This document shows, one piece after another, positions 34,953 through 44,723 of a stretch of DNA of 64,000 bases. The translations under genes and the position numbers were made by a program. The DNA comes from a virus. Lineage: Duplodnaviria > Caudoviricetes. Position 1 is the first letter of the stretch. Each line of letters begins with the position of its first letter. Location of the stretch: positions 32,001-96,000 of the IMG/VR virus record IMGVR_UViG_3300021387_003827. One strand, 5' to 3'. Below the pieces are notes generated by a model. That model was not told the origin of the DNA, searched no databases, and was given only the letters and a program-made list of their open reading frames with translations.

Positions 34953-35969
34953 ATGAAAAGTAATTCGTACGATATCTCCATTGATATAAGCCCTTGGACT
35001 TCTTGTGGATATTCTCTTAAGGAATTAAAACTAGTGGAGAAGATCGGCGGGGAACTTTCAAGTGGAGAGGCTGAATTTTTCATAGAAGATCTTACCTCAA
35101 ATAATGTTCTTTCACTATTAACAGATCTTAATACGGGGTCTATAACTCTTCGAAATGATAAAGAAGGTGGAATACAGTATGAGGATATTCCATTCTTTAT
35201 AACTTCCAGGGATTGGATTGAAAACCACCTTAAGATAGAATTCATATGTATTCCAGATCACCTCTTCTATGACGAATTTATAACAACAAGTTTTGAAGAT
35301 ATCAACGCAGCCTTAGGAATGTTATATCCTGGAAAAGCAAATATAGAGTCGACAAGTGATATAAATAATGGAATTCCTATCCTTCAGGCATATGAAAGTA
35401 ATTATAATCTTTGCACTAGGTTATGTCTTTCCTTTAAACATGATACTATCTTTGGTTATGGATGGGATGGATTATTTATAAAAGATATTCCTGGAGAACC
35501 TAAATATTCTGTTATGTCTGGTCTTGGAAATATGAGTATAATATCTCCATACTCCTTGAAATATTCTTATATCTTAAATACAGAACCTAAGGATATGGAA
35601 ATGGATACAGAAAATTCCAAGAGCATGCTTATAAATTATGAAGGCAAGGAACACTATATAATGGGAACAGACTATTATCATCTTGTCGAAAATTATGTAT
35701 GGAATAAGAGATTTTATGACGTAGGATTTAATTCCTCCATAAAACTTAAAGGAACTGATATGCCTTCTTATAGACTAGGAGATGTTGTTGAAGTTGGAAA
35801 TACAAAAGACGATCAAAAACTTCCATTCACAAAATTCCTGGTGGCCTCGAATGAATTATATTACTCCTTGCCAGAAAATAAAGATAGAGATGAATCCGGA
35901 TTAAAATTTTCCTGGACATCTGAGTTCTTTGGTCTGGATAAGGGAAAATGGAATGAAAACGAAGAATGA
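34953..35969 (+). CDS. baseplate hub protein (gp27/gpD-like)
   Basis: Between the LysM-like and spike genes; YRLGDVVEV...FLVAS C-terminal pattern. Confidence 0.6.
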   Translation: MKSNSYDISIDISPWTSCGYSLKELKLVEKIGGELSSGEAEFFIEDLTSNNVLSLLTDLNTGSITLRNDKEGGIQYEDIPFFITSRDWIENHLKIEFICIPDHLFYDEFITTSFEDINAALGMLYPGKANIESTSDINNGIPILQAYESNYNLCTRLCLSFKHDTIFGYGWDGLFIKDIPGEPKYSVMSGLGNMSIISPYSLKYSYILNTEPKDMEMDTENSKSMLINYEGKEHYIMGTDYYHLVENYVWNKRFYDVGFNSSIKLKGTDMPSYRLGDVVEVGNTKDDQKLPFTKFLVASNELYYSLPENKDRDESGLKFSWTSEFFGLDKGKWNENEE

Positions 35970-36544
35970 TTAATCCAGTATTTTATGTCGGGAGAATAAA
36001 AGAAGTTATAGACCCGAAAATATATATAGTCTCCGTAGAAGTTCCAGGTATCTTCGAGGAACTTAAAGCATTCCCAAGAAAGGGGCAACTAGATGAACCT
36101 AAACCTGGTGATCCCGTTGTACTTCTTGGCCTTGATCCTCTCTATAATTCCTACTATCTATGGGAAGGACTTAAAGAAACTGAATTTAGAGGAATACGTG
36201 TGGCTGGAAAAGAAATTACCTGGGACGAAGATAAGATAATGATTGGTGTATATAGTGGAGAAAACGAAGAGGATGGTAGTGAGGTTGATCCAGATAAAGC
36301 AATGATAACCCTAGATAAAGATGGGAACATAAAAATCAATGCTACGGCTGATGTTAATATAGAAGTCCAAGGAACAACCACACTGAAATCTACAAAAACT
36401 ATAATAAAGGGTCCGGGAAAACTTACAATCGAAAACGGTACAGTAATTCCAGATCCTTCCGGTGGACCATTTGTAGCAACTAAAGTAACACCGCCTCAAG
36501 GATCTCCGCTACCATCTGGAAATTCAATAATACTTGGAGGATAA
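35966..36544 (+). CDS. baseplate central spike (gp5/gpV OB-fold plus beta-helix)
   Basis: VGRIKEVID...VSVEVPG...EPKPGDPVVL OB-fold; ITLDKDGNIKINATADVNIEV beta repeats. Confidence 0.7.
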   Translation: MINPVFYVGRIKEVIDPKIYIVSVEVPGIFEELKAFPRKGQLDEPKPGDPVVLLGLDPLYNSYYLWEGLKETEFRGIRVAGKEITWDEDKIMIGVYSGENEEDGSEVDPDKAMITLDKDGNIKINATADVNIEVQGTTTLKSTKTIIKGPGKLTIENGTVIPDPSGGPFVATKVTPPQGSPLPSGNSIILGG

Positions 36545-36547
36545 GAT

Positions 36548-37270
36548 ATGGGACTAATAGATGGACTAAAGGAAGCCGTACTTAAAGAAATAGCGGACAA
36601 TCTCTTACCTTCGGTGGATATAAAAGATAAGTTTAGGGATTGGGATTCACTTTCCCCAGAACTTAAAGATGAATTTCTGGAGGACGAAGAGACAATAAAC
36701 TCAAACATAGAAGATCAAAAGGAACAGGTTATAAAAGGAATGGAACCGAAATGGAATAACCTGTCGTCCTCTTTAAATCTTCTTGTAAATTCTTCAACAC
36801 AATTTGTAACAAGGCTGGCAATGGTTCCTACGGCAATTATATCAACAACTCCCGTAGGTCCTGGTGTAGCGGCTGGAGCAATACCACAGGCAATAGCACA
36901 ATTAAAAAGTGATGGAGAGACTGTTGGAAAAGCTTATGATGATACTAAAAACTCTCTCTCTGAAATTCTTGGAGGTTATAGTGGGGATAGTACGATTATA
37001 ACCGACCTTAAGACCACCATAAGTACTCTCCTTGGAACTGCAGCAATAGCCTTAGCGGTTGTAGGAATTTCGAAGGATGGAGTTGAAGCACAGGAGCCAG
37101 AAGTACAAAGTCCTGTTGCTCTTCCTGAATACAAGGCCGGCGATTGTAAAAATTACCGGGAGATAGAACAGGAAGATCCGGTAGAATGTGAAAATTGTGA
37201 AAACTATAATGCTTTAAATCCTTCAGGGACGCGGGCATGTAATAATTGTACCCGCTATGAAAAAAGATAG
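36548..37270 (+). CDS. hypothetical protein with hydrophobic helices and Cys-rich C-terminus
   Basis: CKNY...CENCENY...CNNCTRY. Confidence 0.6.
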   Translation: MGLIDGLKEAVLKEIADNLLPSVDIKDKFRDWDSLSPELKDEFLEDEETINSNIEDQKEQVIKGMEPKWNNLSSSLNLLVNSSTQFVTRLAMVPTAIISTTPVGPGVAAGAIPQAIAQLKSDGETVGKAYDDTKNSLSEILGGYSGDSTIITDLKTTISTLLGTAAIALAVVGISKDGVEAQEPEVQSPVALPEYKAGDCKNYREIEQEDPVECENCENYNALNPSGTRACNNCTRYEKR

Positions 37271-37512
37271 TGGGATGGCTTATGGAGAGTGAAATTTCCA
37301 TAGGTCTCAAGTTGAAAACGCAGAGACTTGGGAGACGAAATCAAGATGAAACCCGAAGAAAAGCTGAGCGTTAGCGAAGTCTTTTCGAGTGGTTGAATAT
37401 TGATGAGTATCCTTAGGTAAAACAAAATCGAACCCCACCTCCATTTCATTCCGGTGGGCTCCGTTAAAGAAAAGAAATTGTGTGAAAGATATATAAATTA
37501 TTTTAAGAACAG

Positions 37513-37588
37513 CTGGCCCGAACCACAACTAACCCCGGAACGGAACGTTAGTGGAGTGGAGGGGTGTATGTTGGGGTGAAGGGGCCAG
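37513..37588. other. long GC-rich imperfect stem-loop within a ~550 bp non-coding region
   Basis: ctggccc..caac..acccc pairs with ggggt..gttg..gggccag around ggaacggaacgttagtggagtgga. Confidence 0.6.
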
Positions 37589-37656
37589 GTGTAATAAAAA
37601 ATAGTGACTTTACTTATATAAAGGTAATTTTTGTGGGTGTCAAAAAAAATTGTGAC

Positions 37657-37755
37657 TTTTTTGGTTATTTTTGGACATTTTCGCAGAAAATGGACAAAAA
37701 TGTTAGAAAAACACCCAATTTTGCAGATAAATTTAATAGTATTCCTTATATATAG
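37657..37755 (+). promoter_or_regulatory. conserved ~97 bp intergenic element, copy 2 (upstream of helicase-like gene)
   Basis: Same three blocks at the same offsets (0, +49, +72) as 3375-3473. Confidence 0.7.
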
Positions 37756-37758
37756 TAG

Positions 37759-37791
37759 AGGATGCTTCGCCTCCCAAGTGTGAAGCATCCT
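37759..37791 (+). promoter_or_regulatory. leader hairpin before the helicase-like gene
   Basis: aggatgcttcgc-ctcccaagt-gtgaagcatcct. Confidence 0.6.
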
Positions 37792-37823
37792 GAGATAAAA
37801 TATTATTAAATTTATTATAATGT

Positions 37824-39842
37824 ATGATTAAATCTACAATTAATGTACCTAGAGGAATTAGATACATTAGCGAATGGCAAAATTTTAATATACCAGAAAA
37901 AATTTGCATCTTAAACAAAACTCTTACTGGATGTGGTTTCACCGAGTGGGTAATAACTAGTAATGAAAATGTAGTTTTATGTTCTCCCCGTAAAATCCTC
38001 CTAGAAAACAAAGAAGAACAACATCCTGAAGTATTCTATTTTAAGAATGAATTAGATTATGACATAAGAGTTGACAAGGATCTCACAAAAGAGTACTATA
38101 AGAAATACGATCAAATTCCTACTCCTCCAGCCGATGCACAAGAAAGGTTGGAAAATATGAAACAAGGCCTGAAGAATTATTGTTATTCTAGGATGATGAA
38201 GGGCCTACCAATAAAGATCCTTGTTACCTACGACTCCTTCAGAATTGTAAAGGAAGTGCTTAAGACTTCGTTACCAGATGTATATTTTAACATCTATATC
38301 GACGAGTTCCAGAGTATTTTCACGGACTCACGCTTTAAATCATCTACGGAAATTGTCTTTTTATCTCATCTTCAAGGCCTGGATAAAGTATGTTTTGTAT
38401 CCGCCACACCAATGATAGATAAATACCTGGAGATGTTGGATGAATTTAAAGATCTCCCATACTTTGAACTTGACTGGGGAGCGGAGGAACAATCTAGAAT
38501 CATAAAGCCGAATCTTGAGATTAAGGCCATCAATGGATCAATAACTTCCTATGTAAAAGCTATTACGGATAAATATTTGTCAGGAAATTTTGACAAGGCA
38601 ACATATAGAGATGAATCCGGAAGGATAGTTGAAATAGAGTCCAAAGAAGCTGTTATCTATGTAAATTCGGTAAAGAATATTTGTGATATAATCCGAAAAT
38701 GTGGGTTAAATATAAATAATACTAACGTTCTCTGTGCTAGAACCCCTGAAAATGAAAAGGATATAAAGAAAGCATTTGGACTTAAGGGGAAAGGCGTATC
38801 AGGAATAGGAAAAGTGCCGCTGAGGGGAGAACCTAGAAAAATGTTTACCCTTTGTACTAGGACCGTCTATCTTGGAGCTGACTTTTATTCCCCATGTGCC
38901 CAGAGTTTCATATTCTCTGATGCTAATATAGACTGTCTTTCGGTTGATATTACTACAGACCTTCCTCAGATTTTGGGACGACAAAGATTAGAAAGTAATC
39001 CTTGGAAAAATTCTGCCAGGTTATATTATAAGACTTTGGCAACAGATAAAGCTATAACTCAAGATGACTTCAACAATCACATTCAAAAGAAAGTTAGTGA
39101 TACAAATGATCTTCTGTCCCTCTATAATAGATCTGTAGGTAGTGAAAAATCTACTTTAGCTGAAAGATGTTTACACCTGGTTAAGAGTATGAATTATAGG
39201 TTAGATTATTTGGCCGTCAATGAAAGGGCTGGAAATGTTTTGGTTCCTGTCTTTAATAACCTTGTCCTTGTTTCAGAGCTTAGAACTTTCGAAATACAAC
39301 AGATAGAATATAAGGATAGATTCTCGGTTTTCAGTACAATAGTGAATAATGATCTTCTTGTTTTTGAAGAGAAGATAGACTCATTTGTAACTAAGTTTAA
39401 TTCTCTCATCCTATTTACTGATAAGATGAAGTATGTTTGTGATACATGTGAAGTATTAGGCGAAGATGAGGCTGACAGGTTTATTAATTCTATTCCATTG
39501 ATATATAAGAATTATTATCTAACTTTAGGACCTGAACGAATAAAAACATTCTCGTATCGAAAGGCATATCTTGAGGCTGAATATAGCAAACAATTTCAGC
39601 AGCAGAATACTATAACTGATCTTGATACTTTGATCTATTCTAGAATATCAATTGGAGATAGATATAGCAACCAAGAGCTTAAAGAATTGCTTAGGTCTTT
39701 ATATGAAATTGCTTCTTATCCTGCCAATCCAAAAGCTAGCGATATAGAAAAATGGTTTGAGATAAGGCCTTGTCAAATTACTAATAAAACGACAGGAAAG
39801 AAGGACCATGGCTTTGAAATTATAAAAAAGAAAGACAAATGA
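37824..39842 (+). CDS. SF2 helicase-like protein (origin-binding-protein-like) with degenerate Walker A
   Basis: Motif I TGCGFT (no Lys), Ia SPRKILL, II DEFQ, III SATP, V YLGADF, VI QILGRQR. Confidence 0.75.
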   Translation: MIKSTINVPRGIRYISEWQNFNIPEKICILNKTLTGCGFTEWVITSNENVVLCSPRKILLENKEEQHPEVFYFKNELDYDIRVDKDLTKEYYKKYDQIPTPPADAQERLENMKQGLKNYCYSRMMKGLPIKILVTYDSFRIVKEVLKTSLPDVYFNIYIDEFQSIFTDSRFKSSTEIVFLSHLQGLDKVCFVSATPMIDKYLEMLDEFKDLPYFELDWGAEEQSRIIKPNLEIKAINGSITSYVKAITDKYLSGNFDKATYRDESGRIVEIESKEAVIYVNSVKNICDIIRKCGLNINNTNVLCARTPENEKDIKKAFGLKGKGVSGIGKVPLRGEPRKMFTLCTRTVYLGADFYSPCAQSFIFSDANIDCLSVDITTDLPQILGRQRLESNPWKNSARLYYKTLATDKAITQDDFNNHIQKKVSDTNDLLSLYNRSVGSEKSTLAERCLHLVKSMNYRLDYLAVNERAGNVLVPVFNNLVLVSELRTFEIQQIEYKDRFSVFSTIVNNDLLVFEEKIDSFVTKFNSLILFTDKMKYVCDTCEVLGEDEADRFINSIPLIYKNYYLTLGPERIKTFSYRKAYLEAEYSKQFQQQNTITDLDTLIYSRISIGDRYSNQELKELLRSLYEIASYPANPKASDIEKWFEIRPCQITNKTTGKKDHGFEIIKKKDK

Positions 39843-40840
39843 TCTACCTTATTGAAGTAACGTATTATATCAAGGAAACCGGAGGAATTTTAGATCTTCT
39901 TAAAATTGGATTTACAGATAATAGTTCTAGAAGAATGTTAGCTTATAAATACCATAACCCTGGATTTAAACAGCTAGGGAAAATAGAAGACGGAACATTA
40001 CAAGACGAGACCAATCTACACTATCATTTCAGGAAGTATAAGTATCCTGATTTTGGAAATGAATGGTTTTTATATAATGATGAAATTGTCGAATTCTTTA
40101 AGACTCATAAAACATCTGAGTCTTTATACTACGACATAGATATAGAGCCAGAGGTAGATAAGAGGTATAGAGGGGACATACTTCAGGAGGGGATTAGGTT
40201 ATTAAATCGTGCCTATAATATTTTGGGTGTCGAGTTTAATGTTAATATTGACGAAGATATTTATAAGAAAGCTCAGGATTATTTAAGCCGGGTTCCCAAA
40301 GATATCAAGGAATTAAAGAAATTCATTGAAGAAGATTATAATATTACTTTCTCGGAGGAAGATTTTATATTAGACGATAGATTACAAAATATTATCAATG
40401 AATTTAACTCATTTCCTCAGTTTACAGATAAGATGAAGTATTTGTGTGATCTTTCTGAAGATCCTGAATTTGATAAGATCCTAGACTCTGTTCCGATATT
40501 ATACAAGAGCTACTATATTATCTTAGGACCTGAACGAATAAAAACATACTCATATAGGAGAGCTTATCTTGAGGCTGAGTATAATGTAAAGATTGGCAAA
40601 GAATGTACAATAGATGAGCTTACTTGCCTAGTTTATTCTACGATAGAGGTGGGGAAAAGATATAGTAACCAGGAACTTAAAGAGGCATTAAGATCTCTAT
40701 ATGAATCCATCTCTTATCCCGCTAATCCTAAAGCAACTGATATAGAAAAGTGGTTTGAAGTAAGGACCTGTCGAATTATTAATAAAGAAACAGGAAAGCG
40801 GGATTATGGATTCAAGATATTAAGAAAGAAAGATTTATGA
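39839..40840 (+). CDS. T5orf172/GIY-YIG-superfamily endonuclease with C-terminal domain shared with the adjacent helicase
   Basis: IYLI...LKIGFT...RR...Y..HNP...E..LH..F...EWF. Confidence 0.75.
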   Translation: MIYLIEVTYYIKETGGILDLLKIGFTDNSSRRMLAYKYHNPGFKQLGKIEDGTLQDETNLHYHFRKYKYPDFGNEWFLYNDEIVEFFKTHKTSESLYYDIDIEPEVDKRYRGDILQEGIRLLNRAYNILGVEFNVNIDEDIYKKAQDYLSRVPKDIKELKKFIEEDYNITFSEEDFILDDRLQNIINEFNSFPQFTDKMKYLCDLSEDPEFDKILDSVPILYKSYYIILGPERIKTYSYRRAYLEAEYNVKIGKECTIDELTCLVYSTIEVGKRYSNQELKEALRSLYESISYPANPKATDIEKWFEVRTCRIINKETGKRDYGFKILRKKDL

Positions 40841-41166
40841 TTTACTTACTGTCGAGCGGAAGAACTACAACACGTCTGGAATATTATGTGCTCGATTTAT
40901 TTAAAATTTACTTAACTGTCTACCCCGATGATATTCCAGGCGCTCCATCGATAGGGTTTGATTATATTATACAGGACACAAGAAAATCAGATCTTGTGGA
41001 TGCTGTAAGAAATAAAGTTTCAGGATTAGTGTCAAAGATATCTTCAAGAATTAATGACAGAGCGGAGATAACTATAGACTCCATTGAAATCCTGGATGAA
41101 ACAAAAGCAAGAATTACCGTAACCATAAATAAATTGGTTACAGATTCTATAGACTACAATTTATGA
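40837..41166 (+). CDS. baseplate gp25-like protein
   Basis: IPGAPSIGFD motif, 109 aa, precedes the gp6-like gene. Confidence 0.65.
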   Translation: MIYLLSSGRTTTRLEYYVLDLFKIYLTVYPDDIPGAPSIGFDYIIQDTRKSDLVDAVRNKVSGLVSKISSRINDRAEITIDSIEILDETKARITVTINKLVTDSIDYNL

Positions 41167-42614
41167 AAACATTACAAGAATACAAGGATATTTATTCTGG
41201 TATTGCTTCCGAACTTGGAATAAGGGGAGACAGCGTTGAAGTATTGGTCGGATTACTGGCTAATGCTTCTTATATTTCTGAGGTTGAGAATGCTGTGTAT
41301 ATGAGGGAAGCATCATTAGGTAAGGCCACACTCTCTAATTCAAAGATTCAGAAATGTATGGATCAGATGTACTCGGTGTATCGTGGTGCTTGTCCAAGAA
41401 TTATACTTCATGTCAGATTTAAAACCTCTACAACCATTAAAAGATACGATGAAATAGTGTCTTCAAATAATTTCAAGGTATATTTTGATCTGGCCTGGAA
41501 TGGAAATGAGGAGCCGGAAAGTGGAGTACCTCTGTTGGAGAATTTTACCTTAGATATGATTCAACCTTCTCCTATGTCAGATTATTATATCTTAGGGTTT
41601 ATAGCTCCAAAGGTAGAAGAGATATCAGGATTTACATTATCTCCCACCCAGTTCTTTGTATCTACATCTGCCGACCAGGTTAATCTCTCGGCCGACATGT
41701 ATCTGATAGATGATAACTCTAAGGAAAGTATTGACGTAACAAGATCTTTCGGAGAGCATGTAAGAAGTGAGGGGAAGACTGTATTTGATCTTACGACTAC
41801 TTCTTTTGGATCAAGATTATATTTCACCCCTGGAGGAGATTCTAAGACATACACAGCACGATATTTTGTATATTCTCTTCTCTCTGATTATAATCCTGCG
41901 GAGCTTAGGAAAATTAAAATCAAAGATACGGACTCAATTCCTATTTCAGATTCAGATCCTTGGGCTTCTCGAAGAGGTGGTGTGGAAACAGAAAATGGTA
42001 TAGTTTTCATAGATTCCACACAAAGGGATTCTATGGACCAAATTCACTATCTCGCATCAAAGCAAAGATATACAAACCAAGTTATAAGGTCTAATTCGGA
42101 TATTTCAACTGTCCTAAAGAATGATGAAACAATAGGAAAATATATAAAACAGGTGACTTATCGTTTTGAATCGTCCCCTACACAAAGTGTTCTAAGTATA
42201 TATTATGTTCCATCTGAGGAGGGTGAAATTCCTGAAGAGAAAAAGGAAGAGTGGATAGCAGATGATTCTAAGAAGGCATATTTTGTTACTAATGATATAC
42301 GCTTGGAGACTGGAGATGAATACAAAGCTCAATTTAATATAAACCTTGTGATATATCGAGATCAATCGGCTGGTACAATTGGCGAAGATGTGTCAAAGAT
42401 ACTCAGACAATACGAAGATAAATTTGATATTGACTTTGATATCTTAGAAGAAGAAATTAAGGCTCATATATCAAAAATCTCTGCTGTCAAGAGTATTAAA
42501 GATTATTCCGTTCAATATTTTCATTCCGGGGCGCTATCTCCAAAACCAAATATCGGTGCTACAATTCCACCATATTTTGAAATTGAACTTAGATTAAATA
42601 TGATATTGTCATGA
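41163..42614 (+). CDS. baseplate wedge protein (gp6/gpJ-like)
   Basis: VLVGLLANASY...EASLGKATLSNS...YSVYRG N-terminal gp6 pattern. Confidence 0.75.
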   Translation: MKTLQEYKDIYSGIASELGIRGDSVEVLVGLLANASYISEVENAVYMREASLGKATLSNSKIQKCMDQMYSVYRGACPRIILHVRFKTSTTIKRYDEIVSSNNFKVYFDLAWNGNEEPESGVPLLENFTLDMIQPSPMSDYYILGFIAPKVEEISGFTLSPTQFFVSTSADQVNLSADMYLIDDNSKESIDVTRSFGEHVRSEGKTVFDLTTTSFGSRLYFTPGGDSKTYTARYFVYSLLSDYNPAELRKIKIKDTDSIPISDSDPWASRRGGVETENGIVFIDSTQRDSMDQIHYLASKQRYTNQVIRSNSDISTVLKNDETIGKYIKQVTYRFESSPTQSVLSIYYVPSEEGEIPEEKKEEWIADDSKKAYFVTNDIRLETGDEYKAQFNINLVIYRDQSAGTIGEDVSKILRQYEDKFDIDFDILEEEIKAHISKISAVKSIKDYSVQYFHSGALSPKPNIGATIPPYFEIELRLNMILS

Positions 42615-43126
42615 TAAAGATATATGTACCCAAGCATCTTAGAAATCTTGAGATAGTAGATCAGATGTGTAGGATGATAGATGAATATGTTTCTAGGGGA
42701 GATCAAGATAGTGGGGAAGATAGTTTTAGTGATTATAATTCATATCTCTCCTCTGATCCCGTTCTAGAATTTATTGACTATATATATCCAGAGTCTGATA
42801 ACAGGGAAGATGAGATTATGTATCTGACTAATTATTTTTACTGTCTTAAGGGAACTCGTGAGGTTATAGATTCTATGTCTAAATATCTCCCACTTGAAGT
42901 AGAGGGTACATATTCGGTATCATCTCTTACATTAAGAATAGTTCCCTCAGGCATTACTGTAGATCAGACACGATTTAGGGAGCTTCTTAATGAGTTTCTT
43001 AGAAGTCTTTTATACTTTGGTGAAATTCAATCTGAGGCTGCATCTGTTCCATTAGATATAGACAGCACTATTGAAAAGGTAGTATATGTTTATGAGTTAA
43101 CAAGTTGGAAAGAATATAAATTATGA
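42611..43126 (+). CDS. baseplate wedge protein (gp7/gpI-like)
   Basis: FYCLKGTREVI motif; follows the gp6-like gene. Confidence 0.6.
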   Translation: MIKIYVPKHLRNLEIVDQMCRMIDEYVSRGDQDSGEDSFSDYNSYLSSDPVLEFIDYIYPESDNREDEIMYLTNYFYCLKGTREVIDSMSKYLPLEVEGTYSVSSLTLRIVPSGITVDQTRFRELLNEFLRSLLYFGEIQSEAASVPLDIDSTIEKVVYVYELTSWKEYKL

Positions 43127-44721
43127 CGATTACTGAATTTGGTAATTATAATAGTATACGTAAAATTGAATTCTATGATTCAAATTCTGCCTGGCTGTCT
43201 ACTCAATTCTACTGTGGAACTCTAGATTCTGGCCTTATTGATTTCATAGAATACAAGTATATATATCATCCGGAAAGAGGTGATATATTAAACAAAATTG
43301 ATCTTCCATCACTTCTTCCACAAAATAGCAGTGATATAGAAAATTTTGATATTCCAGAAGAAGAGGCAGAGAAATTGAATTATATATTTCCAACGGAGTC
43401 TTCAGGAAATATTGACTATAATTTATTCTTTGGTTCTATAGATAAAGTCGAGCAGAAATTATATATCATTAGGGTTTCCGGAAAAGTAAAAATAATGAAA
43501 CTCTATAATGAGAGGCTTGAACATTTCGGAACCATAGAGTTTTCTCCTTTTAGTGATAGAGATGGATATTTTTCCTCACGACTTCTTCTTATAATTCAAA
43601 CTCCGACAGAACTTAGTGTTGAGAATCTTGGATATGACTTATGGATATATCGATCTTTAGATTCAGAGCAAAATAAAAAGAATTATGATGTTGCAATGAA
43701 TGATCTTGGCCCTGAATCTATTCTCTATAATCCAAAGAACACAGATATTATGTTTGATGCCACTTCTGATACTCTTCTTGGACTTAGGAAATCAACATCA
43801 TCTCCAATTCTTGATATGAAAAAGGTTCTATATATGAAGAGTACGTGGAAGCCTTGGTTTGTATATAAGAAAGGGGAGAAAGTAGAGTATAATGGAGAGG
43901 AGTGGATTTCATTAGATGACAATAATAACGAGACTCCAGATTATTCTTCTAAGTGGGTTTTATCATCTAGGGCAGGGAATCCATTAAATTATAGAATTCT
44001 TGTATCTACTTCTCCATATAATGCATCCAAAGTTGAACCATCCGGATATATAACCATGGAGCAAGGAGAAAAAGTAAGAATAGAAGTATCAGAGTATACA
44101 GCATATATATTCTCAGGACTATATTCTGCCGGACAAAAATTAACAGAGGGTGTGGATTATGTTTCTGGTATTGAGGAAAAGAGTGGAAATAGATATTATA
44201 TTGTAAATACTCCTCCCTCCGCCAATCTTATATTTAAGTATACAGAGAATCCAGACATTCATGTTACAAGAGAGTATACCGTAATAAAAAATGATGTGGC
44301 AGAATCATATACAACATCCCACGATATAGAAGTTCCAAGAGAATATTCTGTATCTAGAATATTGGCAGTATATACTCTTCCAGATGATTCAGAGAGAGAA
44401 GAAAATATAAATACGTCAGAACCAGTACGATATCTAGACGAATATGATCCAGGGTTTGCATATATTTCTGTAAGCATGAGAATTGTCCTTACCGGTAAAG
44501 TATGTACTGTTATACTTGAAACGCCTGACGAATTTATAGTAGATGCTCCCATACAATATATACAATATGGTGGAGATGTTACATTCAGATTATATTCTCA
44601 TACCGGAAGAGTGCCACAACTTCAATCTACCTTAGCTACATTGAGTGGACCAGATTCTGAGGGAATATATACGGTCTCTGCTACAAGAATAATGAATGAC
44701 TTAACTATTAAGGTTGTATAA
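43123..44721 (+). CDS. baseplate/fibre protein with CBM5/12-like and Ig-like repeats
   Basis: WKPWFVYKKGEKVEYNGEEWISL...KW carbohydrate-binding-like motif. Confidence 0.5.
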   Translation: MTITEFGNYNSIRKIEFYDSNSAWLSTQFYCGTLDSGLIDFIEYKYIYHPERGDILNKIDLPSLLPQNSSDIENFDIPEEEAEKLNYIFPTESSGNIDYNLFFGSIDKVEQKLYIIRVSGKVKIMKLYNERLEHFGTIEFSPFSDRDGYFSSRLLLIIQTPTELSVENLGYDLWIYRSLDSEQNKKNYDVAMNDLGPESILYNPKNTDIMFDATSDTLLGLRKSTSSPILDMKKVLYMKSTWKPWFVYKKGEKVEYNGEEWISLDDNNNETPDYSSKWVLSSRAGNPLNYRILVSTSPYNASKVEPSGYITMEQGEKVRIEVSEYTAYIFSGLYSAGQKLTEGVDYVSGIEEKSGNRYYIVNTPPSANLIFKYTENPDIHVTREYTVIKNDVAESYTTSHDIEVPREYSVSRILAVYTLPDDSEREENINTSEPVRYLDEYDPGFAYISVSMRIVLTGKVCTVILETPDEFIVDAPIQYIQYGGDVTFRLYSHTGRVPQLQSTLATLSGPDSEGIYTVSATRIMNDLTIKVV

Positions 44722-44723
44722 AT

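Noticed and set aside
37255-38011. Short ORFs in the 37.3-37.8 kb gap
   Set aside because: Non-ATG starts or biased low-complexity translations overlapping hairpins and the repeated element; treated as non-coding.
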